Source of the DNA: Cyanidioschyzon merolae
Taxonomy: Eukaryota
DNA length: 64,000 bases
Assembly (NCBI GenBank): GCA_000091205.1
Contig: AP006494.2
Reading direction: 5' to 3' (one strand)
Positions 1-9,682 of this stretch are shown here, one piece after another (position 1 is the first letter of the stretch; the number at the start of each line of letters is the position of its first letter). Below the pieces are notes generated by a model that was not told the origin of the DNA, searched no databases, and saw nothing but the letters and a program-made list of their open reading frames with translations. The position numbers and the translations under genes were made by a program.

Positions 1-691
1 GCGCCAGCGAGACCGCAGAAAACACAGAGCGAGCTCGTCGACCACGACCGAACGGTTGAGCACCCTGCTCGCCCGCAGCGCCGCCACCGTTGCTGGAACG
101 CGAGCCGCGGCCTCGCTGCTGGTAGTCCAGAAGGCGCTGTGCAACTCGTGCAGCCTCTTCAGGATCCCGGAACTGTACCAGCCAACGAGCGCGATCCGAG
201 TTACGCCGATTTGATCCTCGAAAGATCTGCGCTACTGCAGCCTTTTGCCAAACGTCCCCATAGCGCTTGAGGACGTACTCCACGTCAGATCGAAGCGCGT
301 ACTTTGCCAGTTCCAGTAGAAGCACGGGGCGGGCGCCGACTGTCGTCATCTTATGCTCACAACCGACAGTTTTAAAGTTGACGACGAGCTAGGTGAAGCC
401 GTTCGAGAAGCGTCCGCGAAGGCTCGGAGGCAGCAAGCTCGAGTACTCGAGGTTTAGGTCCCGCGGCCTGAATATTTTTCAGGTAGTAACACGACGTCGA
501 TCACAGTGCGGACGGCATGCGACGACGGACCTCGGTTATGAACGTTGAGTTCTAAAATATGCATTAAAGTTCGATAGGTACATTTTAATATCATATCCAT
601 CCACTCTTGCCGCGCATAGGCACCTCTGCGCGCCCTGTAACCCTCATCGAAAGGTGTAGACGGCCCGCGGAGCTTCGGCTCCGTCTTTCTC

Positions 692-1771
692 ATGACCGAG
701 GACGGCAGACCAGTTGTGATCGATTCCGGAGCACTTTACACACGTGTAGATTTCGCTGGTAATGATGTGCCAAGTGTAACAGTGCGAACGGCGTCTGAAA
801 CGCCTGTAAACGGCGTCAGCGTGGAGACCGATCCCGGTCGCAGCGCCGGTGCGATTCCGGACTGGGAGAGGCTCGCTGGTTTCTGGGACTCGGTTCTGAC
901 GGAGAGTCTTGGGACCAGGGCAGAGAATCAGCCACTCTTGGTCGTTGATTGGGCAGAGTCAACGAAGTTCTCCAGGGAGCTTCTGGCACAAGTCGCTTTC
1001 GAAACACTGGGCGTGCCGGCGCTTTACCTCGCAGCACCTGCAGTTCTCGCACTATACGCTGTCAACCGAACAACGGGCTTATCTATTGACGTAGGGCATA
1101 CGAGTTTGCGGATCGCGCCTGTGTACGAGGGTTTCCAGTTTGGATACGCGACGACCACGCTGCCGATCGGTGGAATCGATATCGAAGCAAGGCTCAGAAC
1201 GCTCGTTCTTGAAACGCACATCGGGGATGCGACCACGACACGAGCGTTAGACACGCTTGACTGGCGCGTACTAAAAGAGGCCGTTTCAGAAGTCCGGCCG
1301 AAGCAAGGCGTAGACGGCGAAACGTCAACGTTCACTGCCAAGCAATATGCAGTGGTCGAGGGGCGCAGCATCCTCGTCACCCCGGACCAGTACCTCGGCT
1401 GCACCGAGATGCTTTTCACGCCGGCGACCTCTCCCGATGGGAAAAACAGGAGCACATTCACGGAGAGGGTTCATCTAGCGCTTATGCAATGCGAGCCGGA
1501 TATTCGGCGAGAACTTGCCGCGAATATAATGTTATATGGAGGTGGCGCTGCGCTCAAAGGACTCGCAGAACGTCTTCGTAGTGAGCTCGTTGACGTATTG
1601 CCGTCGTCTATGCATCCGAATGTCGCTGTTGCGCATGACCCTTCGACCGTCGCTTGGCGTGGGGGATCGATTCTTGCCTCCATAACGATGTTTCAGCAGT
1701 TGTGGGTCACGAAGCAAGATTATAACGAACATGGGCCGCTCTGCATTCTGCGAAAAGATACGATGCGATGA
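692..1771 (+). CDS. Actin-related protein (divergent actin-fold ATPase)
   Basis: The translation shows actin-family motifs: VVIDSGALYTRVDFAGNDVPS (actin N-terminal phosphate-1 loop), NIMLYGGGAALKGLAERLRSEL, and a C-terminus WRGGSILASITMFQQLWVTKQDYNEHGP (compare actin [28 protein letters not shown]). Length of 359 aa is close to actin's 375 aa. Confidence 0.8.
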   Translation: MTEDGRPVVIDSGALYTRVDFAGNDVPSVTVRTASETPVNGVSVETDPGRSAGAIPDWERLAGFWDSVLTESLGTRAENQPLLVVDWAESTKFSRELLAQVAFETLGVPALYLAAPAVLALYAVNRTTGLSIDVGHTSLRIAPVYEGFQFGYATTTLPIGGIDIEARLRTLVLETHIGDATTTRALDTLDWRVLKEAVSEVRPKQGVDGETSTFTAKQYAVVEGRSILVTPDQYLGCTEMLFTPATSPDGKNRSTFTERVHLALMQCEPDIRRELAANIMLYGGGAALKGLAERLRSELVDVLPSSMHPNVAVAHDPSTVAWRGGSILASITMFQQLWVTKQDYNEHGPLCILRKDTMR

Positions 1772-2389
1772 GTTCGAGTACGTGGCAGCTACAGAGAAAC
1801 GCACCCACGTGACGTAGAGGATCTGCACGTGATCCATGAAAGCTCTTTCATGGGTCCACAGTTTTCTTGTTGTAGTGGATCATGGGTGACGTGAGCTGTG
1901 CCTTGAATAAGGACGACGAAAATTTGAACGCGCTGCATGATGATTCCATCCATGGAATAGGAGATCGCTTCCGGTCCTAGTTCCTGAAACGGGGAAGTCA
2001 ACGCGGCAATTCAGAAAGAGGTATCTCGGTATATAAGGAGGCGACGTTTCCTCAAGGTGGAAACGCGGGCCGCGAGCGCTCTGGTCTAGAATTTTTATGC
2101 AACCCATGAGCATGGGCAATTTTTTAAACCTGCCTAGAAGAATGAAGCGGATCTCGCCGCTTCCACGTGCGCCATTGCAGAGTTTGAGCAGACGAAACCA
2201 CGAGCCGAGAACGAATACGTGTGAATTTTTTGCTTTCTCCAAAACATACGCATTTCACAAACTCCTTAGCTGTTTCTGGTACGAGCCAGTCCACTGTACA
2301 GGTGCACGCTAGTTCCTGCGTTCTGCCTTGTAATCCAGACACGATGAAAGTCACTCGCGGGCAGGTGCGATGTGCACTACACACGTATT

Positions 2390-3070
2390 AGATTAAAACG
2401 GAACACCGAACGAGTCGCGCTGCTCCTGCCTTGCGATCCTTTTTCCGAATTTGTTGCGATGAACTGCCTTGACATTCGACATGCAGTAATGAGAATTCGT
2501 GGATGCGTATGTAGACTTTGGATGCTAGGTCGTCGTTTTGGAGTGACTCGAATGACGCTATGCCGCTGGAATGCGCGCCGTCACCAGCATCCCGATGATT
2601 CCCGACGCAAGCGAACAAAAGCGCTTAGAAGAACTGGTGTCGTTTTCCAGCGCTTACGTGCAAGCCTCCAGTGCTCCCCTTTTCGTATACGTAGCATGTT
2701 CGAATCCCGCATTGTACCAGTTTTCGATCGTTCTGCTTCAAGGCAATGCTTGGACGCAGCGATTCGTGCCACTGGATCGGGGACGAAAACTTCTGGAAGT
2801 CGATGCTGGACAGCTTCTTCATAGGCTCATGAGGAATGTTCACTAGATATCTTACTTGCAATGATCGGTTCCGTTCGGATCCTAAATCATCCTCACTTGG
2901 AAGCTATTCACGGAACTACATTCGACAGCACCCTGATCCGTATCACCGTGAATACTCCAAGATACTCACGTCTCGTTTGTTGGCATGGAAGATGATCTTG
3001 GACTCGGGCCGCAGTCATCGCAGGGATCGCGAACAAGAAAGCGTGCGTCACCGCTTAGCACGAAGGGAGC
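2390..3070. repeat. Dispersed noncoding repeat, copy A (681 bp). It is ~98% identical to the inverted copy at 43769-44449 and carries a tRNA-like B-box motif GTTCGAATCC at 2698-2707.
   Basis: The six-frame ORFs inside it are near-identical but reverse-complemented relative to those at 43769-44449 (for example MQVRYLVNIPHEPMKKLSSIDFQKFSSPIQWHESLRPSIALKQNDRKLVQCGIRTCYVYEK occurs on - here and on + there). DNA boundaries fall where the alignment breaks, at agattaRaacggaac on one side and cacgaagggagc on the other. Confidence 0.8.
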
Positions 3071-3371
3071 ATATACGGGCCTAAATTTCCCGGCTTGCAC
3101 TCTAGCCGAGACTTTCCATCCGGTATTTTTTCCATCCCAGACATCATAGCGTTCCACAAAACCTGTATTAAATGAAACAGCGTGCGTTTGCGTCTGCTGC
3201 GGACAGAGCACTCGCCGTGGGGATTGTGTCGAAGAAGCCCGCGATCCTAGGTCGCCACACTGGGCCCAGAAACCGAGGTAGGCGTCGCCTTGAGCATTCG
3301 TTACTCGTTACAGGTATAATTCGTGAGCAATAAGGCATGTGTTTGGATAACAAAGGGAGGTCTCGGAGGGC

Positions 3372-3398
3372 GGTGTCTGTGGGTGTGTGTGTGTGTGT
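3372..3398. repeat. (GT)n microsatellite (ggtgtctgtgggtgtgtgtgtgtgtgt)
   Basis: Direct read of the sequence at 3371-3398. Confidence 0.7.
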
Positions 3399-5361
3399 TT
3401 GGTAGACATATGGGAAAACCCGCCCACTGCCAAGTGTCTCACAGCCGCGACAAACGCCCCAAGGCCATGTACAATAAACATGGAAAAGGCAAGTGAAGGG
3501 TAGATCGGAATTTCCAAAATTGCATGAAATGCGAAGAGCTAATCCGAAGAGAGCGAAATCGGAACTTGAACGCTGCCATCGACATCCCTCGACACCTGAA
3601 GACTGAGCTGGAGGAACAGGAACAACCGGCATATATAGAGCCGGGGATATGCGAGAGGAAAAGGAACCATTCGCAGAAGAAGCCCGCTAATGCTGGTACT
3701 GATAGTGACGGGGAGGAATCCAAAGGTTTGCACGAATGTCCGGTTTCGATAAGTGGACCCATTCCATCGTATACTGGCATTTGTGTATCCGGCACCAAAT
3801 GTATGTTCAGTTGAGCAGAAACGCTCTGCGAACATAGGGTAAATGAATACCCACTCGCGCATGCCTCCCAACCTTTTTCGACTGGCCCCTTGCAATCTGT
3901 TTCAGCTTCTCCTTGCTCACCACGACACTGAGAGTTTGCCCCAGAAATTTGGATCGCGTCAGCTCCTCGGATATCGTCTTCAGCACCGCACATCTCCTGA
4001 TATTAATGGCGGCATTAGAGTCTCGGTTCACGAACTCCTTACGTGACCTGCCGCTTGTCGAACTTGCCGATGCAAGGCGTCCCCGAACTCGTGCCCTCAG
4101 TTCTACTTGGTGCTCTGTCAATTCTCAGCGCTTTTCTTTCGACGAAGTGCTCCGCTGCCTTCTCTCCATCTCAACCTTCCGAACTGTACATTCCAACTCT
4201 TTTCTTATATTTTGGAAAAACGAACGCACTTGCTTATGCGCTTACGAGAGGACCTTCCCAGCGGGAAAAAACTTGCCCGAGAACGATGACATGTGCGCCG
4301 GTGTGTCATCTTGCTGAATACTCCAGCGATCCGCTCAATGGAGCGATCATTGCGTATCACGATAGAAAACATTCCCCCGATGCGGTTGAGCCACGGAGTA
4401 TGCGGAGGAATGAAAAACAGCTCTACTCCCCGACAGAATCTGCACAAACTCGGACATATCGGGAACGGTGAAATACCACGTTTCCCAATAGAAGGACATC
4501 GCCAGAGGTCTGGGCAAAGTCGTCCACGCTTCGACAAAGTGATTGGTCCTTTTGAATGTAAATTCTCTACTTGCGAAACTGAGACCGCGAGATGAATCCA
4601 CTGCAGCTGGAAACGATGATGATGATGTCTTAGTTTTCTTCGTGTTCAATTGTACATACAATGGGCCCCCTCTGCGCGAATATCCATTTACGCTCTGAAA
4701 ATTTCGTCCGAAGCAAGTCTCATCGACTGAGAAAAACAAATCGACGCCACTCTGCTTCATACCGATCGCAACGGTCCAGTAACTTTGTTGCAGTCGCGAT
4801 TTCTGTCGCGGATGGCCGTGCCTGCATTAGGACTCTGCTGCGATTGGTCCCCAGTGTTTCCAGGGCCATACGAACAAGCTGGTGATAAACAGAAACGCCC
4901 GTGGCGTGTCTTATCGGCGCTATTGCTTCCCATACGGTGATCCATGGATCACATTCTACAGTTGACCGCGAGCACACGCTGTGAGAGTACCAGTTTTTGA
5001 TGCGGAGCGCCTGTGCTTGTTCTTTAATCTTCCTCAGCCATCTGCGTTCTATGGTATGACCGACCGGAAGGAGGCATGCAGCCCTACTTGCACTGTTCAG
5101 TAAAGAATGCATATCCCACGAGCAATTCGTCTACAGTCTGTACTGTGCACTCCAGCATGATTTCGATCAGCTGCTGTACACCGCAGCAGGCGTGTAAAAA
5201 AATCGAGTTGAAAGACTGGAACACGGGCGTAAGTGCACCTGCAGCGGATCGCTTCGAAACGCGCACATACGCGGCAGGTATCCGAGGTTCTGCTCGGTGA
5301 AGCGTCTTCGTTCATTCGCGAACGCCTCACTGGACACTATTAACACAGATCTTGGGAGGTA

Positions 5362-7023
5362 ATGGATCCACCTCCCGAGTCACTGCGTTCTGTGTGGTGT
5401 GCGATTCTCTTCCGAGCGCTAAAGGCACTCGAGCAGGCCAACTCGAACAGGAGTTCTTTTACTGCGAGGGAAATCATCGACTACGTCGACGCACACTGGG
5501 ATCAAGTTGCACAGGGTGCAGAGTTCCGTCGCAAGTTCAGTGTGGAACTCACAAGAAGACTTCAACCAGACAGTGCTCTCGTCGAGTTGGACAGGAACCC
5601 AAGTGCGCTTGACGCTGAGCAGACGCACGAGGCATATTGGAAGCTTCGGCTGGGTGTGGACTCCTATGACTGGAGCCTGATAACCGAGGAACATGCAAGC
5701 CGCCTCGCCGATGATCTGGACCTAGAGCCTGCGCCCAAGCGGGCTCGCTCTACGTCCGCGGAAACGAAGAGCACCGCTTCACTGCTGTTAGCGCCAGCAC
5801 CTGGAACAACTGCATCGGGGTCGCCAGAAACCCCAACTGAACCACAACGCGTCGCGACTTTGGCAGACATCGAATCATCCACTGGTCGCACTTCTGCTGT
5901 GTCGAATCGAGCAGAAGAGAGGTCTGCGTCTGGTCCGGCGGGCGTGCCGCGCACCGAAGGAAACACCAGAACACGACACGGGGGGCATTCGGCCCGCTCC
6001 GCTGCAACCGATGGTGGACAACGTACCATTCGACGAGGTGGACTTGTCGCCCAGTTCAGTGAATCTGTGCTGGCTCGTTTAAAAGCCGGTGTGCCCGTAG
6101 AGGAAATCGATCCCTTAGAGCTCATCGATGATGCCGCAATTCTGGAATGGAGGAAACCGCCGCGTGGGGTGCCCTACACCCTAAGCGAGCACCAGCGAGA
6201 TCCAAAGCTTCAGTTATCGTCGGACCTCTTAACGGTGACTGGAGAGCGCGGCTTCCGCAGTATACGCGGTATTCATGGCGTTGCGACTGGTGACTGGTTC
6301 TTTGAGATCCAGGTGCTGGCAGGGGAACCGCCACCGCTGCCCTGCCACGAGAGCGTCGTCGATCGCGATGGAGTCCAGCCTCATATAAGAGTCGGGTTCG
6401 GCTCCTGCCGGGCTGAGGTATCCTTCCCGGTCGGTTGGGAAGTTCACGGCTATGCGTATCGGGATAAGACTGGCGACAAGGTTCACGACTGCATCCCGGA
6501 GGCATACGGTTCCTGTTGGGGCCAGCTCGGTGACGTGATCGGTTGTCGAATCTGCCTGCCACCGAGTCTTGACGCTCGCGAAGAGGCTCTTATTCGACGA
6601 CTCGATGATGCCTGGTTTGATTTCAAAGGCATGAACATGGGTCTCGGGAGCAAACCGAAAATGCCACCGCCAACAGAGCTCCTCTATACCACGGACAGAG
6701 AGTCAAGCCATGTCGCCACTGGTACCTATATTGAATTTTTCAAGAACGGTGTCTCGCAGGGTATCGCATTCCGGAACCTAATACCTGCTGTATACTATCC
6801 GATGATTTCTCTGTACATGGGAGCCAGATGTCGAGCCAACTTTGGAGCGGAACCTTTCCGCACGAGCATTCCCCCAGGCTGTCGAGGTTTTTGCGAGTCA
6901 ACGCCGCCACCGTGGACGTTGACCCCGGAAGCAAACGCGGACTCTGCGACATTTAGGTCTGACGACGGTCACACTGGTCCGTATGTCCCGGGAATCAGCA
7001 CAATAGAGACACTAGAAGCGTAG
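5362..7023 (+). CDS. ASH2: ASH2-like protein (Set1/COMPASS histone methyltransferase complex subunit) with SPRY domain
   Basis: The SPRY domain region GFRSIRGIHGVATGDWFFEIQVL ... HGYAYRDKTGDKVHDCIPEAYG ... YIEFFKNGVSQGIAFRNLIPAVYYPMISLYMGARCRANFGAEPF aligns closely to human ASH2L ([44 protein letters not shown]). The N-terminal REIIDYVDAHWDQV resembles the ASH2 winged-helix region. Confidence 0.85.
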   Translation: MDPPPESLRSVWCAILFRALKALEQANSNRSSFTAREIIDYVDAHWDQVAQGAEFRRKFSVELTRRLQPDSALVELDRNPSALDAEQTHEAYWKLRLGVDSYDWSLITEEHASRLADDLDLEPAPKRARSTSAETKSTASLLLAPAPGTTASGSPETPTEPQRVATLADIESSTGRTSAVSNRAEERSASGPAGVPRTEGNTRTRHGGHSARSAATDGGQRTIRRGGLVAQFSESVLARLKAGVPVEEIDPLELIDDAAILEWRKPPRGVPYTLSEHQRDPKLQLSSDLLTVTGERGFRSIRGIHGVATGDWFFEIQVLAGEPPPLPCHESVVDRDGVQPHIRVGFGSCRAEVSFPVGWEVHGYAYRDKTGDKVHDCIPEAYGSCWGQLGDVIGCRICLPPSLDAREEALIRRLDDAWFDFKGMNMGLGSKPKMPPPTELLYTTDRESSHVATGTYIEFFKNGVSQGIAFRNLIPAVYYPMISLYMGARCRANFGAEPFRTSIPPGCRGFCESTPPPWTLTPEANADSATFRSDDGHTGPYVPGISTIETLEA

Positions 7024-7769
7024 CAGGGAGGCACAGCGCATTGGCAGCTTAGACTGGACGTTTTCTGGGCCAAGACCTCTCACAGCGAGTACCCTACTTT
7101 ACGTTCTAGGATACATGGCTGTAGCGCTGTGCAGCGAACAGAAAAGAACAAACTATACACGACCAGAAGACGAGAGCAATCCCGCTTCTTCGTCCAGATA
7201 CGATCTACAGGATGTTGTGCGCACGATGGCCATGGAAATCATCGAAAACGTGACCTCCCACGACAGGTCGCAGCTTTGCTTGCAATGTGCTTCTGGTACG
7301 AATAGCTAGTCTCTACTCTGTGAAAGTAACGCAACGATTCATGTCGAGAACAGGACATCGAGCTTTGATTCTGTCTGGAACGGTGAGCTCTGTTCGTTTA
7401 GTATGATTCGAGCTCTGCGTTGAAGGCATGCAGCGTCCTCAGCACTGCGGCAAAAGAAAGCGCAATTGGCGCGCTTTATTGAGGTAGATCTTTATGAAGC
7501 AGCGTCTGAGGAAGCACTGCGCTGCGCGAACTCTATTGAGCAACGCTCTTGTTACTGAAGCGCCAGTCACAACACAATGCCCCTGTCTGTGAACCGCATC
7601 AACCGGAATGGAGTGCTGTTGTCAACAATGCGCCAGACATGAAACGATACTAACAGTCGGAAAGCATGTCAAACGAAAGAGGAGAGCTTTCATCACTGAG
7701 ACGCCAGAAACGAAACAATACTGATAATCGAAAACCGAGTCAAGCGGGAATGGATACCCTATTGATTGT

Positions 7770-7811
7770 CGTTGTTGCTCAGGGTCTGATTTCAGACCCT
7801 GAGCAACAACG
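7770..7811. repeat. Perfect 42-bp palindrome (20-bp arms, 2-nt loop): cgttgttgctcagggtctga tt tcagaccctgagcaacaacg
   Basis: Read directly from the sequence. The mirrored peptides VVAQGLISDPEQQR (+) and VVAQGLKSDPEQQR (-) in the ORF track confirm the symmetry. Confidence 0.75.
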
Positions 7812-8593
7812 AAATGGACTGTCTCATACAGTGCACGCGTGTTGGATTTTCTCGCAGAGCAGACCAGAACAGAACAAGTGCATGCGTCAATGCACCATGC
7901 CTGCAAGTGGCGCACCAACCCGTCAAATAGACTCGGACGAGGCTTGTGCTCGGCAACATTCGAGAGCATCTGATTCCTGGAGGGCGCCGATCCAAAGGTC
8001 CATGGTAGGTGCTCTGGAAGCGGTTGCTTCGGCAGCGGCCCCGGAGGCGCTAGACGCACGACACCAGATCCCAGACAGCAGTCTATCCGGTGTCTTTCCG
8101 TTTGAATGATGTTGCTCTCTGAATAGCAACATATCCAATACACCAGTCGTCTAAGAAGTCTCTTTTTCAACGAAAGTAGCTGCTTTGCGGGCAACGTACG
8201 GACGGCACGTGTTTCATTTCGACAGCGAAACGCGCTCTTGAGTATCCATCGAGCATGCGAAATACAAGATCCGCTTCAGTCTCTTTGCGCGAGGATTCGA
8301 ATCCCATCGGAAATGCCGACTCTCAGCGCCGTCATCGATCTGATACAATTTGCGCTGCAACTTTTTACCGCATTTAAACTAACTTGACTGTATGATGGGT
8401 TTCTCCGGCGAATTCCGACGAGCGACGTGGATGACCTGTGAACAGCACCGACCTCGCACCAGGCAAGTTTGCGTCAGGCGCAATCACCAGGCGATCGTTA
8501 CGCGACGCGTCGAGTATCCTCACAATCCTGGATGCTCGTGCCGGAATGTCCCCACAGCTGCCGCGAATACCGGTGTGCACTGCGCTCCAGGCA

Positions 8594-9217
8594 TCACTTT
8601 GGGGAGCAGTCGCAAGGACTCGCCGGCTCGGCACCTCGTTCGTGCTCCAGACGGGCCCTGCGTTCCCGCAGTTCCTCCTCTAGGCTCGCCCGCTTCGCTA
8701 CAAGCTCCGCGAGTTCAACATGAGGTGGCCGATACCCCGGTCTCACCGGTTGAATAGGTAGCCACTCGGGCCACTGGAAGCTTTCAGTCTCGTTACGCAC
8801 AGCTGCTGAACTTGACGCGGGCGTTCGCTGCCGCCAGTGCCCCACCGTGGACAAGGACCAGTGCACAGCACCGCAGAGTGCAGCCAAAGTGAGCGCACTC
8901 TGAGGACATCGCCCTGGACCACTAATACCGAGGCCAACGAACCACCCAACAAAAGCTCCAGCGAGCACCGAGTTCCACGGATCTTGAACGCCCTGCCGCC
9001 GTTCCTGGAACACGCGTTGCAAGGCAAAAAACGGCACTCCCGCTAGTACAAATCCAGCACTGCCGATGACGGCAGCTGTTGATACACGGTACCCTCGAAC
9101 CGCTGCAGTTACGAGTCCAGAGACGGCACCCGCACCCGCACAGAGGGCTCCGCGCTCTGCGAGCTCCTCTTGAACACCCGGTTGTTGCAGGGTACGAATA
9201 ACAAAGAGCTTGTCCAT
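8594..9217 (-). CDS. Tim17/Tim22/Tim23-family (PRAT) mitochondrial inner-membrane translocase-like protein with a C-terminal coiled-coil extension
   Basis: It has glycine-zipper transmembrane segments (GAGAVSGLVTAAVRG, AAVIGSAGFVLAGVPF). The family-typical motif QDPWNSVLAGAFVGWFVG matches Tim17/Tim22/Tim23 (KEDPWNSITSGALTG). The C-terminal ELAELVAKRASLEEELRERRARLEHER is predicted helical. Confidence 0.5.
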   Translation of the reverse strand: MDKLFVIRTLQQPGVQEELAERGALCAGAGAVSGLVTAAVRGYRVSTAAVIGSAGFVLAGVPFFALQRVFQERRQGVQDPWNSVLAGAFVGWFVGLGISGPGRCPQSALTLAALCGAVHWSLSTVGHWRQRTPASSSAAVRNETESFQWPEWLPIQPVRPGYRPPHVELAELVAKRASLEEELRERRARLEHERGAEPASPCDCSPK

Positions 9218-9682
9218 ACGCTGCGTGCTTAACAGTATCCCTCTCCCTATTATAGACGAAATCTTTCTTACATTACAGCAACAGGCACGACATACTCGAA
9301 CGGACCTAGGTCTCCGGAAACCGCTTGCCCGGCACAGCGAGCAGCAAAGCGCATGCTGCCGTGTTATGCGGAGCAGAGGGTGGCGTCTTGCGGGTCACCG
9401 GAGCTCCGCACCCGAAGGTTGCACGTTTTTTGGAATAGGTGGAACGTGTGCGCCTCTTTGGCAAGCTACGTATTTGCACTTGCGGACCCGTAGCACGTTC
9501 AGAGCCGGAGGCTTCTTTCTACCAGCTTCAACCCTGACTCACAAGAACACTTGCCCGCGTTGGGAAGCTGCAGCGCTGCCGACCTTGACGTCCCAGGCGC
9601 AGCGCCACCGCCAACAAAAGCAGCAACCTTCTGAACCCATAGACGCCTTTGGTGCCACCATATACTGACACGTCTAGTCTCA

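Noticed and set aside
1024-1461. Numerous 60-180-aa antisense or overlapping ORFs inside confidently assigned genes (for example 1024-1461 -, 5664-6125 -, 6122-6562 -, 10371-10688 -, 12766-13233 -, 26163-26719 -, 36528-37585 +, 56378-56917 -)
   Set aside because: High GC content suppresses stop codons in off-frames. These ORFs are Arg/Ala/Pro/Ser-rich and low-complexity, with no motifs, and they lie opposite genes with strong homology evidence.
2698-2710. Possible tRNA gene suggested by GTTCGAATCC in the dispersed repeat
   Set aside because: The T-stem pairs only 3 of 5, and there is no complementary 5-prime acceptor strand or D-arm in the upstream 75 nt. It is kept only as a box-B-like motif of a possible SINE-like element.
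2390-3070. The 681-bp repeat as an rRNA (5S, 5.8S, 18S 3-prime end) or snRNA fragment
   Set aside because: I compared it by eye to consensus 5S, 5.8S, the 18S 3-prime end and U2 sequences, and found no convincing match. I could not run a covariance-model search, so this stays unresolved rather than disproved.
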